This document shows positions 9,733-18,969 of a stretch of 64,000 nucleotides of DNA, one piece after another. The first letter of the stretch is position 1, and each line of letters opens with the position of its first letter. Source of the stretch: a virus (taxonomy: Duplodnaviria; Heunggongvirae; Uroviricota; Caudoviricetes); IMG/VR virus record IMGVR_UViG_3300030618_000005; one strand, given 5' to 3'. The notes beneath the pieces were generated by a model that was not told the DNA's origin, did not search any database, and saw nothing but the letters and a program-made list of their open reading frames with translations. A program made the position numbers and the translations under genes.

Positions 9733-10272
9733 TTATGCCTCGATTCCTAGATGGGAGTTGATTGCATCTGAAGCAGTATCGTCAGACACTCTCAGGTAGT
9801 AGCCAGTCGAGGACAAGCTCTTGTGGCCAAGTCTTTGTTTAGCGTTCTCAATACCGGACCCAATGACGAGCATGGCAATCGAGTGCTTCAGCGTGTGCGT
9901 GTGCGCGAACCGTGGGTTGATACCAGCCCGCAGTGCAGCGGCTTTGAATACTTTGCGAACCCAGTCACGACCGATGGGCAGCAGCAGCTCATCGTCCGCG
10001 ATCTCCAACCGTTCGAGCATTGCGTACTCGTCCAGCTCCGGGTCAGGATGCTTCTGCCACCGTTGCGAGGTAGCCAGCGATCCCTTCAGGCGCTTACAGT
10101 CCACGTATCCGTGGCGAAGGTCGCGCCCTTTGATACCAGTGATCTCGGAGGCCCGCAAGCCATGCCAGAAACCGATGAGGTAGGCCAGCTTGAACCTCTC
10201 ACCCTTCTCGCTCTCGATCTCCCTGAGTACCGCCTTCACTTGGTCAATCTTTAGATACTTCATTCCGTTCAC
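9733..10272 (-). CDS. small tyrosine recombinase (catalytic domain only)
   Basis: RASE, HTLKHS, LGHKSLSSTGYY (R..H-x-x-R..Y) in 179 aa. Confidence 0.6.
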   Translation of the reverse strand: MNGMKYLKIDQVKAVLREIESEKGERFKLAYLIGFWHGLRASEITGIKGRDLRHGYVDCKRLKGSLATSQRWQKHPDPELDEYAMLERLEIADDELLLPIGRDWVRKVFKAAALRAGINPRFAHTHTLKHSIAMLVIGSGIENAKQRLGHKSLSSTGYYLRVSDDTASDAINSHLGIEA

Positions 10273-10299
10273 CTCAAGTACAGACTAGCAAACGATGAT

Positions 10300-10821
10300 C
10301 TACTTGTCAATGCCTAAATACGCAGCATCTTCCTGTGTGTAATAAAGCAAGTTGTTGCCCTTCCTCTGGATAAAGACACCGGGTAGGTTCTTTAGCTTAG
10401 CACGCACCTCGGGGTGTACCCCCGGACTGTACCCCATAGCTGCGAGTACCTCTACCGTGTTCATTCCCGGTGTCTCGTCGATTGCGTGGAGTGCCCGATA
10501 GTCGGCCCAGAGTTCCTTTGGTTTCTCAAATGCTTCCCTGACCTTGAGAAGCCTGCGCTCTTCCTTGGTAAACACTGGAGGGTCGTCAGCCACCATTGGT
10601 GGGAGGGCGACGAAGTACCGTACTGCCGGACCATGACCCCCTCTGGGTTGCCGCCTTGATTCTTTGAAGTCCTTGCCGTTTACCAGTATCCTCCACACTA
10701 CGCTGCGTGGTATAGATGTATCTTTGACCACTTGGTCTATGGATACCTCACCATGTTCCTTGGTGTAGTTGTATACGGTCGTGTAACGTTCGTAGCCGAG
10801 TACATTACCTCTGAATGCCAT
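10300..10821 (-). CDS. putative wHTH DNA-binding protein
   Basis: IPRSVVWRIL helix-like segment; adjacent to recombinase. Confidence 0.35.
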   Translation of the reverse strand: MAFRGNVLGYERYTTVYNYTKEHGEVSIDQVVKDTSIPRSVVWRILVNGKDFKESRRQPRGGHGPAVRYFVALPPMVADDPPVFTKEERRLLKVREAFEKPKELWADYRALHAIDETPGMNTVEVLAAMGYSPGVHPEVRAKLKNLPGVFIQRKGNNLLYYTQEDAAYLGIDK

Positions 10822-10830
10822 TATTTTCTC

Positions 10831-11100
10831 CTAGAAGAAAGGACTCGGGATGCAATCCTTGTACTTGATGTTGTAGCAGCCCTGACCCTGAAGCTGGCTG
10901 TACATATCGGTGAACTGCGTATTCAATGCGTCTACCCGTGCATCACAAACCGTTGGGTTATGCGGATCATGCGGAGCACACTTGACATAGAACTTAGCTT
11001 CTACTTCTGCCCCATCTTCAGGGCGGTTGAAGAAGAACGTCCCGGCGCACACGCGCTCGGTCTGTTCTGGTTCATGGTACTCGATCTCGATCTCAACCAT
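10831..11100 (-). CDS. hypothetical protein
   Basis: ORF in array. Confidence 0.35.
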   Translation of the reverse strand: MVEIEIEYHEPEQTERVCAGTFFFNRPEDGAEVEAKFYVKCAPHDPHNPTVCDARVDALNTQFTDMYSQLQGQGCYNIKYKDCIPSPFF

Positions 11101-11353
11101 TTTTCCTCTCCTGTGCTTCTACTCTCTTGTCGTGACCTACGTGCCAATACATGCAGTGGTCACACTTGTAAGGTCTCAGGGGGTGCTCTGGATCGGTGTC
11201 GTTCCCCGTGTCTATGATCGACTGTATCACACTCTGCGCCTTCTCGGGTGTGCCGTACTTCTTTTTCTTGATGCACGATCTCATCACTTTCGAGTATGCT
11301 GGTCGCGGACTGGGCACTGTGTTATGCACCATCCGTTTCGTAATGTATCCCAT
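11093..11353 (-). CDS. hypothetical protein (possible zinc-binding)
   Basis: CDHCMYWH motif. Confidence 0.35.
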   Translation of the reverse strand: MGYITKRMVHNTVPSPRPAYSKVMRSCIKKKKYGTPEKAQSVIQSIIDTGNDTDPEHPLRPYKCDHCMYWHVGHDKRVEAQERKNG

Positions 11354-11419
11354 AGGCCCTCCGGTTGAAGTAAAAGAATGGGCCGTCGTCCTGACCGGCC
11401 CGGAGGTAGTGCTACCTTG

Positions 11420-11971
11420 TTAGACTTCGGTCTTCTTGGACTTGCGCACTTTAGGTGCAGTGTACTCCTTGATGAAGGCCATGATGCGGTCGTGACCCGC
11501 CTTCGCTCGGCCCTTGGGAGTCTTCGCTTTGTTGTACCGGATTTTGAACTCATATGGCCACTCGTCCGGATGCCCGAAGAGTGCGCGGGCTTGTCGGCGG
11601 TCAAGTCCAAGACCGTTGCGTGCGTTGATGAGGAAGGTGTTATCCTCGAACCCTCCCTGCTGCACACCGGCCTTGACAATCGCAAGATATTGTTCAGGAG
11701 TCTCGAACAGGCAGGCGTACCATCCAGCGAAGCAGAGGATAGTGCCACAGTCTCCATTCTCCTGTCCCTTCTTGGCGGCGTCGATCACTGCATTATAGTT
11801 AGCTCCATAGCGTTCCGAGAAGGCATCAGTGGCGCTTGTGCCTGAAGGGATGAGCGAACAGAACCGCTCTTGCGCGTAAAGGTTTGCGTGTGCGACTACC
11901 ATCTGCGCGATGACCGTAAGCTTGGCGATGGTGGGAAGGCTGAGGTAGTTCTTGGTCGAATCGAAAATCAT
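11420..11971 (-). CDS. hypothetical protein
   Basis: 183 aa ORF. Confidence 0.4.
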   Translation of the reverse strand: MIFDSTKNYLSLPTIAKLTVIAQMVVAHANLYAQERFCSLIPSGTSATDAFSERYGANYNAVIDAAKKGQENGDCGTILCFAGWYACLFETPEQYLAIVKAGVQQGGFEDNTFLINARNGLGLDRRQARALFGHPDEWPYEFKIRYNKAKTPKGRAKAGHDRIMAFIKEYTAPKVRKSKKTEV

Positions 11972-12096
11972 GGTGTCCTCCTAGGACGAATAGGTGAGTC
12001 TTGCGTGAAGGTTGAGGTTGGTCGTACTCTGCAATGCACCAGATGCGCTGAAGACTACGGCCAACCGGCCCGTGCCACCACTACTAGCTTACGAGG

Positions 12097-12777
12097 TTAC
12101 GAGGTTACCGTTGCCCTCATGCGCCGGTAGATCGTTGTGGCTCCCCCCAAGAGTCCAGTGCCTAAGAGCAGCAGGCTGCTGGGTTCAGGGGTAGGTGCCA
12201 GCGGTGTCGTTGGTCCAGTACCGTTCGAGGTGAACTGGAGGAAGTCTTGCGCTGTGCCGCCCTCGCTCTGCGTACCGGGTACGGCGGTGTACAAGGTGAA
12301 CTGCTGGAGGAACGCCTGCGTCACGTCGCCGCTCAGAGCCAGCGTTTCGTCTTGGAAGAGCAGCGGGTCATCTGCGTTGAAGTTCCAGCCCAGTGTCTCG
12401 GCGCTGTTCACGTCCGTCAAGGCCCAGATATCGAGCTGCGCCGTGGTGTCAGAGATAACTCCGGTCTGCGCCTGATAGAGCAGGAGGGCACTGGTTACGT
12501 CGTCCCCATTCGGCGGGTGGGCTGCGCTGAGATTCTGCGGAGTTGCCTGCCATGACTCACCCACGTAGATTTCGCGGTCGGCATCGAGGCAGAAGGCGGA
12601 GATGTCGCTCTTGTTGGAGTCGTACAGGCTATAAGGCCCGACGTAGACTGCGCCGGTTGGGTTGACAACATTGCCGGGGCTTACGAGGGAGAGGGTGTCG
12701 GCGTGCGCGGTCAGTGACAAGGCCGCGAGGATAAGTGCGGCTACCACTGGGATGTACTGCTTGAAGGTGATTCGCAT
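12097..12777 (-). CDS. secreted PEP-CTERM sorting-domain protein
   Basis: N-terminal signal peptide; C-terminal PEPSSLLLLGTGLLGGATTIYRRMRA (exosortase target). Confidence 0.65.
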   Translation of the reverse strand: MRITFKQYIPVVAALILAALSLTAHADTLSLVSPGNVVNPTGAVYVGPYSLYDSNKSDISAFCLDADREIYVGESWQATPQNLSAAHPPNGDDVTSALLLYQAQTGVISDTTAQLDIWALTDVNSAETLGWNFNADDPLLFQDETLALSGDVTQAFLQQFTLYTAVPGTQSEGGTAQDFLQFTSNGTGPTTPLAPTPEPSSLLLLGTGLLGGATTIYRRMRATVTS

Positions 12778-12871
12778 TGGTCACTGCTCCTGTACTTCTG
12801 GGTTAGAGGTGCGCTGTAGGTTAGGGGGCCGGTATCATCCTGTGACCCGACCCCGTGTTGGAGTGCTCGAT

Positions 12872-13816
12872 CTATGCCGCGACTGGTTCCTCCTCGTCGC
12901 GGAACTTGCGGCCAGTGGACTGGTACACGAGGCCATCCAGCGCCTCACCAATGGACTCCACACCCTTCAACAGGTCGGCCTTGAACTTGTCGCTGCTCTT
13001 CAACGTCTTCGCACTCTGCCCCTCGATCAGGCCGCGAAGCTTGGCAACCTGCTCCTCCAGCTCGGTATCGCTGGTGATGTTGCGCATGTCGAAGGTTGAG
13101 ATGAACTCCTGAATGTTCTGGATGGCTGACTCGCGGAGGATGGGCATCTTGCCTTCGCCGTCCGGGGTAAGCTTCGACTTGAGGTGCATGACAGCTTCGA
13201 GAAGGTTCTCGCGCATCATGATCGTGATCTCTTCACCCACGGCCTGAATCTGCTTTTGTGCCTTGGCCGCCTCAGCTTCGAACAACTCAGGGTTGATGTC
13301 CTTCAGGTTCAGAGGCACGCCGAAGGTCAGGTAGTCCCACTCGAAGGTGAAGTAGCTGGAGACCAGATCAACCGGGGGATACTCGGAGGCCACGGCCAGA
13401 CTGCCCAGCGACTCTTTGGACGCCTCGACGAGGCCGGGGTACGCGGCGACGAACTTGGCCACGAGGTCTTTACGCTCTGCCGCGTGCTCTGTGAGACGCT
13501 GCTGAACCTCAGGGACCACACCCACGGGCACCATGAGGATGCCGATGTCCTTGTACGGCAGGGCCGTGTTGTTCAGCCACTTGCGCAGAATGCTGTCGTG
13601 CTTGCGAATCTTCTCAAGCTCGTCCGATTCGAGGAGGGTCTTCGATACCTTCAGCAGGGATACGTCGGCGTCAGTGCTGAGGACCGATGCACCGGCCACG
13701 TTGCGGGTGTTGCCCAGACGACCGTACTTGACTTTGAGGAGAACAGTCTTGGACACGATCTCGGTGAGGTCTTTGGAGGAGTGGTTGACTTTCTCTGTGT
13801 CGATTGCGAATGCCAT
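12872..13816 (-). CDS. hypothetical protein ending in GRKFRDEEEPVAA
   Basis: 314 aa; shared C-terminal motif. Confidence 0.5.
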   Translation of the reverse strand: MAFAIDTEKVNHSSKDLTEIVSKTVLLKVKYGRLGNTRNVAGASVLSTDADVSLLKVSKTLLESDELEKIRKHDSILRKWLNNTALPYKDIGILMVPVGVVPEVQQRLTEHAAERKDLVAKFVAAYPGLVEASKESLGSLAVASEYPPVDLVSSYFTFEWDYLTFGVPLNLKDINPELFEAEAAKAQKQIQAVGEEITIMMRENLLEAVMHLKSKLTPDGEGKMPILRESAIQNIQEFISTFDMRNITSDTELEEQVAKLRGLIEGQSAKTLKSSDKFKADLLKGVESIGEALDGLVYQSTGRKFRDEEEPVAA

Positions 13817-13891
13817 ATAGGTGAAGCTCCTTGGTGTTGCGAAATGTGGTACTCGTTCAAGATACCGAAGTGCCCGGTGCGTGTCAAGCTT

Positions 13892-14107
13892 TTATTTCAG
13901 GGTTTCTTTGATACTGATCTGGACATCTCCGTCGTCTACCCAGACCACGAGCAGCTTACTGCCGATTACATACATCCTGAGGTACTGTTTCCTGAGCCTC
14001 CAGTGCCAGTAGGCGGCCCTGATGCCTATATTGCCGTACCAGAGGGCCAGAATTACCCAGCAGAGGCAGGAAGAGGCGAATACGGGGTCACTAAACGAAT
14101 GTGTCAT
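13892..14107 (-). CDS. small membrane protein
   Basis: hydrophobic LCWVILALW. Confidence 0.25.
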   Translation of the reverse strand: MTHSFSDPVFASSCLCWVILALWYGNIGIRAAYWHWRLRKQYLRMYVIGSKLLVVWVDDGDVQISIKETLK

Positions 14108-14423
14108 TGAGGAACCTCACTTCCTCGTCGATAGCGTCCTGTCGATCTTCATAGGTGCCGGGGAGAATGGGACCACCGATGGGTGCAAGGTTGATGCGCC
14201 AGTCGCATGGCCACATCCGAGTGAACTCCGCTAGACTGGACTGACGGGAGCAGACCGAACGAAGACCGTGAAACATCACGCGCAAGAGAGGGTTAGCCGG
14301 TTCTACGTGCGATGCACGCTTCACTACCGTCTCCGGTGTGATGAAGGGCTTACTGTGCTCATCGACGAGAAACTTGATCTCGCCGTCTTCGTCTACTGTG
14401 ATGGTCACGGTCTTGTCGGTCAT
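14091..14423 (-). CDS. DUF2997-like small protein (paralog)
   Basis: Internal start MTDKTVTITVDEDGEIKFLVDEH resembles 14794..14976; upstream N-terminal extension is frame junk. Confidence 0.4.
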   Translation of the reverse strand: MTDKTVTITVDEDGEIKFLVDEHSKPFITPETVVKRASHVEPANPLLRVMFHGLRSVCSRQSSLAEFTRMWPCDWRINLAPIGGPILPGTYEDRQDAIDEEVRFLNDTFV

Positions 14424-14424
14424 C

Positions 14425-14742
14425 TTATTTGCCCGCCTTCTTCGTCCGCGACTTCGAGCGACGGTGCTGCTTCGCGGGCTTCTGGTTGGGCTTGCCGGGG
14501 TGCTTCTCGTGCCACAGCTTGCGGACAAGGGCCTCGACGGTTGCACGGTCAGCGGGGTCAAGCTCCATCGCACGCGGGTGATTGATTTCCTCCGCGATGG
14601 AGGCAAGGATGGCGGCCTGAAGCCGGGGCTTCTTGGCGGCGTTCTGAAGCTTCTTGACTTGGTTCGGATCAACCACCTGATCGATGGTTAGCTTGGGCAG
14701 GTATCCGATACGGCGGAGACGACGGGCGAGTGATACTGGCAT
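14425..14742 (-). CDS. basic hypothetical protein
   Basis: K/R-rich tail; start/stop overlap with next gene. Confidence 0.4.
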   Translation of the reverse strand: MPVSLARRLRRIGYLPKLTIDQVVDPNQVKKLQNAAKKPRLQAAILASIAEEINHPRAMELDPADRATVEALVRKLWHEKHPGKPNQKPAKQHRRSKSRTKKAGK

Positions 14743-14793
14743 GGTCTAGTCCTTTGCAGGTTAGGTTGGTTCAGAGTGAGGTTGAAGTGTGCC

Positions 14794-14976
14794 TTACTTA
14801 GCGCACACTGTTGTGGTTGTCGTCGTCCGGTACTCAGGCTTTTTCTGCCGGTGAGTGACCTTAGAACCTTTGGTGAGGGTGTCCATCACTGCTGCACATC
14901 CTACACCCTTGAAGCCGTCGAGTTCAACACTAATCTCGCCGTTCTCATCGATTTCAATCGTGGCAAACTTTGCCAT
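14794..14976 (-). CDS. DUF2997-like protein
   Basis: MAKFATIEIDENGEISVELDGFKGVGC motif, recalled from memory of the family. Confidence 0.45.
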   Translation of the reverse strand: MAKFATIEIDENGEISVELDGFKGVGCAAVMDTLTKGSKVTHRQKKPEYRTTTTTTVCAK

Positions 14977-14988
14977 GTCGCGGCCTCC

Positions 14989-15444
14989 TTAGGCGATTGC
15001 GTACTTGTACTGGGTGACTTTCTTGCCGTTGCGCTCGACCTGCTTATTCACCACAAGCTTGTAGCCAGCTTTCTTGGCGTTGGCGAAGACGAACTGCTTC
15101 GAGTACTCCTGCTTCACACTCTTGAGCCAGCCTGCGTTGTGCCGGGTAGAGTCGAAGTCGGAGATGATGGCAGAGTAGGTGCCGTCCGCATTACGGGTGA
15201 ACCCGATGTCGTTTGACGAAGAGCCTACCTGCTTGCGGCGGATGATGATGTCGGCCTTCATCGCTTTGGCGGGGTTGGTGGTATGGCCTACGCCATCCAG
15301 TGTGCGGTAGTCCCCTTGGTAGCCGACGAGGGGCTGAGGATTGCCGATGTGGTCTTCCACCTCGGTGTACCCCATCTCGAACAACGCGGCCAGCAATACC
15401 TTGCCATCGTTGAAAGTTGTTGCGGCTGTTGCGTACTCACTCAT
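14989..15444 (-). CDS. DUF1257-like protein
   Basis: N-terminus and size fit DUF1257 (from memory); adjacent to DUF2997-like gene as in cellular pairs. Confidence 0.45.
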   Translation of the reverse strand: MSEYATAATTFNDGKVLLAALFEMGYTEVEDHIGNPQPLVGYQGDYRTLDGVGHTTNPAKAMKADIIIRRKQVGSSSNDIGFTRNADGTYSAIISDFDSTRHNAGWLKSVKQEYSKQFVFANAKKAGYKLVVNKQVERNGKKVTQYKYAIA

Positions 15445-15532
15445 GCTGCTCTCCTTGGTAGTGCGTATTCAGTACATCATACTGCGGGGTGCATGTCAAC
15501 GCCTAAAATGACATGCAACCCAACTAGTTAGC

Positions 15533-15994
15533 CTACACCTCGACCGTGACTTTCAGTGCCTTGCCGCCCACGCTTACACGCTTGCGGCCACCTAGTTTCT
15601 GCGCCTTGTCTGCTTCCTCTTCCGTGGGGTGGCCGTAGGCTTCTAGGTTGTTCCCACTGCCGTAGATGTTGAAGTACACGTCCTTGGTCTCGACCTTCAT
15701 GAACAGGTCACGAGAGTCCCACGTCCTATTTTCGTAGGCGTCAGCCCTCCCTTCGATAGTACGCTGGATAAGGGTATTATAACCTCTATCCTCCAGAACT
15801 CCTGCCAAAGGAAACTTCCCGGCGTTCTTGAAGATCGTAAGCTGTGTGACTTCCTTACCCTCACCTGTGACCACCGGTTTACCGGCTAGTGCTGCTGTGA
15901 GGTCAAACGGCGTCATGCCTTCTGGCAATGGCCCGGATGATTGAGATGTAAAGCTCACGCTCTTGCTGATAGGATCGCTTATGTCTGGCTGCAT
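15533..15994 (-). CDS. hypothetical protein
   Basis: 153 aa ORF. Confidence 0.4.
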   Translation of the reverse strand: MQPDISDPISKSVSFTSQSSGPLPEGMTPFDLTAALAGKPVVTGEGKEVTQLTIFKNAGKFPLAGVLEDRGYNTLIQRTIEGRADAYENRTWDSRDLFMKVETKDVYFNIYGSGNNLEAYGHPTEEEADKAQKLGGRKRVSVGGKALKVTVEV

Positions 15995-16013
15995 GGTGTC
16001 CTCCTTGGACGGG

Positions 16014-16220
16014 TTAGAGATTCAGGCTGGTGATGGTTGAGTCGATGGCCTTTTGCTCACGGTTCTTACGCCACGAGTTGAAACGTTGAAGGAACTCTGG
16101 GCCGCCACTAATAGCGTACCACAAGTAAAAGAACGTTATTATGGGACCGACAACGAAGTAGAAGAGACCCCAGCCTATCGCCACGTGCATGAGGTCTCGT
16201 AGTGTGATGGCGTGGCCCAT
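16014..16220 (-). CDS. small membrane protein
   Basis: two hydrophobic helices. Confidence 0.35.
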   Translation of the reverse strand: MGHAITLRDLMHVAIGWGLFYFVVGPIITFFYLWYAISGGPEFLQRFNSWRKNREQKAIDSTITSLNL

Positions 16221-17797
16221 TAGTCCCTGATCTTTCTACCTGAACCCGCGAAGACGGGGCCGGTGATGTCGCTGTTATCCTTACGCGTGGTCTCATCGTG
16301 GTAGTAGGTGCCCACCTTGGATGCACTCAGATAGCGTCCAGATGCCTCTAGGCGCGTCTTCTCAAGTGTGGCGGCGTCAGAGATGGCTGACGGTACGATG
16401 TACGTTGCAGCCTTCGCCAGTGTCCAGTTGAGCATGTCTGCCTTCTTGCAGCAGTCACGAATCTCAGCGCCCGTCCAGTTCTCGCTCGGTGGGTTCGGTT
16501 CGTCGTTGACGAGTCCGTGGTTGCGGCGTTGGATGGCCCAGATTTCATCGCGCTCTGACGCATTCGGAGAGTCAAAGAAGAACTTGACGAGAGAGAAGCG
16601 GCGGCGAAGCTCAGGCGGTAGGTTGGCGATGCCGTTGCAGGTAGCGATGCAGAGCACGTTGCCACTGCTGATGGCGTCGATGGTCTTGGTCGCGGTGCGC
16701 AGGTTGTGGCCAGAGTTACCGACGTGCATGTCTTGCATGGCGGCGATGTCGAAGACGATGACGGGCTTGTTGTAGGTGGCTCCCAGACTCTTGGCCAGTT
16801 GCGACTTGGACACGCCGGGGATGCCGATGCTCAGCGCACCATTGACGCCCTTGTCTTCCATCCACGAGAGGATGATACCGTTCATTTCCGTCTTGGTGCC
16901 CGACGAGTCCGTACCGTTACCGGCCATCTGCTTCTCGATCTCGTCGATGAAGAGGATGACTTCAGGCGCGTTCTTGCCGGTCATGACGGCCCGGTAGAAC
17001 TCTTTGGCACTCTCGATGCCTCCGATGTCATCCAGCGTCTCCTTGCCCTTGTAGACGGTCAGGCCGGGGGTAGCGTTGATGATCTGGCGCTTGCGCTCCC
17101 AGAGGTCGGTGATGCTGAGGGTGCCTTTACGGATGGACTCCTTCTCCTTGCCCGGTATCTTCTCAGTGGTCAGGCACATCGCGGTCGCCTGATCTGCACT
17201 GAAGGACGAGAGACCGATGAGCGCGTCGACTGCCGACTTCTCGATGTCGGTGGTCAGAGATGCCTCGGCGTTCGCGCTCTTGAACGTATTGCGTACGATC
17301 ACCGCAAGCTCTTCACGTGTGGGCAGTGGTTCATCAAGCACAAGCACGTCCGTCTGAAGCTCGATGGGCAGAGTCGCGCCGGGTGTGCTGACGAGCACGA
17401 GCATGTTACCCACGTTCTTGTAGATGTCTCGCAGGTTCCACACGGCCTGTACGTTGGTGGGGTCACCCCAGAGCAGATGCGCGTTAGAGATAAACACGAT
17501 CATGTCGCTGACGCCATCCGTCTCCAGAGCCTTCAGTGTCTCAGGCAACTGTACCGTCTCAGGTGTCTCAAGTCCGGCCTTCGCCATGAGTGTGGCGTAT
17601 GCTTCCTTGCTGGCCTTGGTGTTGTTCATTGGCAGGAGACCGTGGACAGAATCCCAGATGAGCATAGGCGTGCTATCGAGGGTGCCGTTCAGTGCTGCAC
17701 TGATATTGCGGGTGAGTCCCTTGGCATCGAACGTACGCATGTTGATGATGGGAGTGGAGACGCGGCGGGCGGCCTTGAACTGTTGGATGAAATCCAT
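16220..17797 (-). CDS. AAA+ ATPase-like protein with rearranged, degenerate motifs; ends GRKIRD
   Basis: ILFIDEIEK..MEDKG (Walker B region), GIPGVSKSQLAKSLG (degenerate Walker A), IATCN, LPPELRRRF. Confidence 0.5.
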   Translation of the reverse strand: MDFIQQFKAARRVSTPIINMRTFDAKGLTRNISAALNGTLDSTPMLIWDSVHGLLPMNNTKASKEAYATLMAKAGLETPETVQLPETLKALETDGVSDMIVFISNAHLLWGDPTNVQAVWNLRDIYKNVGNMLVLVSTPGATLPIELQTDVLVLDEPLPTREELAVIVRNTFKSANAEASLTTDIEKSAVDALIGLSSFSADQATAMCLTTEKIPGKEKESIRKGTLSITDLWERKRQIINATPGLTVYKGKETLDDIGGIESAKEFYRAVMTGKNAPEVILFIDEIEKQMAGNGTDSSGTKTEMNGIILSWMEDKGVNGALSIGIPGVSKSQLAKSLGATYNKPVIVFDIAAMQDMHVGNSGHNLRTATKTIDAISSGNVLCIATCNGIANLPPELRRRFSLVKFFFDSPNASERDEIWAIQRRNHGLVNDEPNPPSENWTGAEIRDCCKKADMLNWTLAKAATYIVPSAISDAATLEKTRLEASGRYLSASKVGTYYHDETTRKDNSDITGPVFAGSGRKIRD

Positions 17798-17838
17798 AAT
17801 GGGTGAGGCTCCTTTTCAGGTACGGTTGAGTTACTTTC

Positions 17839-18024
17839 CTAAGGATACAGAACGATCTCTTCGGTGTCAACAAAATAATCAGGCCCAGCTTCGGCCACAT
17901 CTCGGAACTTTTGTTCCACCTCTTGAGGTGTAGAGCGTAACAGGCTTACGATCACGCGCTGTGCATCCAGCAGCTTATCAGTATACCCGTCACGCGCTAC
18001 TGCCTCGGCCCACACGCTGCTCAT
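17839..18024 (-). CDS. hypothetical protein
   Basis: small ORF. Confidence 0.3.
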   Translation of the reverse strand: MSSVWAEAVARDGYTDKLLDAQRVIVSLLRSTPQEVEQKFRDVAEAGPDYFVDTEEIVLYP

Positions 18025-18587
18025 GGTGCTGTGGTGTTTGGGTTTTCACCCTTGGGGAACCACCCGTTAGCACGAAGGTTGTAGGCTGTGATGTACTTCA
18101 GGCCCGTGCTGCCGTCCTTCTTGTGCAAACGCACGATGTACTCGCCCACCTCAGGTGCTCTCGATCTGCGCTGGTTCGCTGGGAGTATGCTGCTCTGAGT
18201 GACGGCCTCAAGCACGCCGGACTCTGACGGTGTTGCCAGTACCCACGTACGCGGTCCGTATACGCTGCGGTATACTTGGGCCGGGTCTTGCCCTAAGTAC
18301 TTGCGCTGTGTCGTCCACCGCTGAAAGATTGTGCCCAGAGGTGCCGGTGCGCCTGCGCCCTCGATTGCGGCGGCCTCTTCAGCCTGTATACGTGCGACCA
18401 TGGCCACGTTGACCTGCTCCCATAGGTGGTTGATCGTAGGCCCATAGATGCGCTCAAGCTCTGCGTCTATGATGCGCCGGGACACATCCATTAGCTTGGT
18501 GCGTACCTTGTCACGGGCCTGCATTGCTGCCCACTTCATCGTCTCGCGCTGTGCCTCTGCGCGTCTAAGCTCTTCATTCCGTGGCAT
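18021..18587 (-). CDS. hypothetical protein
   Basis: Start moved to internal ATG (MPRNEELRR) to avoid overlap. Confidence 0.4.
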   Translation of the reverse strand: MPRNEELRRAEAQRETMKWAAMQARDKVRTKLMDVSRRIIDAELERIYGPTINHLWEQVNVAMVARIQAEEAAAIEGAGAPAPLGTIFQRWTTQRKYLGQDPAQVYRSVYGPRTWVLATPSESGVLEAVTQSSILPANQRRSRAPEVGEYIVRLHKKDGSTGLKYITAYNLRANGWFPKGENPNTTAP

Positions 18588-18588
18588 A

Positions 18589-18969
18589 TTAGCTCCTCGC
18601 TGGTATTCCCTTGCGTGAAAGTGTAATCTCCGCTGTTGCGTATCCACCGCTCATATTGCCCGGGGGTGGATACCCTACTTTGGTGATGTTGTAAATGACT
18701 TCGCCGTCGTCCATAGTGCGCTCCCATAGCTGGTAGCCGTGCAGTAGTGCCCGCGTGTCGCTAACTCGATTCCATAGGCCCGGTACTAGCTGATAGCCTA
18801 AGAACGTGGCCAGCATCCTGAGGTACTGCTCTGCATCTGTGACGGTGCCCAGCTCTGTCGCGGGCTGCGTCGGAGCGTGCAGGGACATCTCGCCGTCATT
18901 GAAGATGGCCAGTTGCGCCTGACCGTTCGTTACTACAAATTCATGCGCTGTGCTTCTGACAGTCCCCAC
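18589..18969 (-). CDS. hypothetical protein
   Basis: ORF in array. Confidence 0.4.
   Translation of the reverse strand: MGTVRSTAHEFVVTNGQAQLAIFNDGEMSLHAPTQPATELGTVTDAEQYLRMLATFLGYQLVPGLWNRVSDTRALLHGYQLWERTMDDGEVIYNITKVGYPPPGNMSGGYATAEITLSRKGIPARS

Noticed and set aside
13184-14110. 308-aa plus-strand ORF
   Set aside because: Antisense to the minus-strand gene 12872..13816; Arg/Leu/Gly-rich composition typical of GC-rich antisense frames.
14425-14672. N-terminal 83 aa of ORF 14091..14672 (RS/P-rich)
   Set aside because: Alternate frame of the real basic-protein gene 14425..14742; true start is the internal MTDKTV.
16706-17806. 366-aa plus-strand ORF
   Set aside because: Entirely antisense to AAA-like gene 16220..17797; no motifs, low-complexity.
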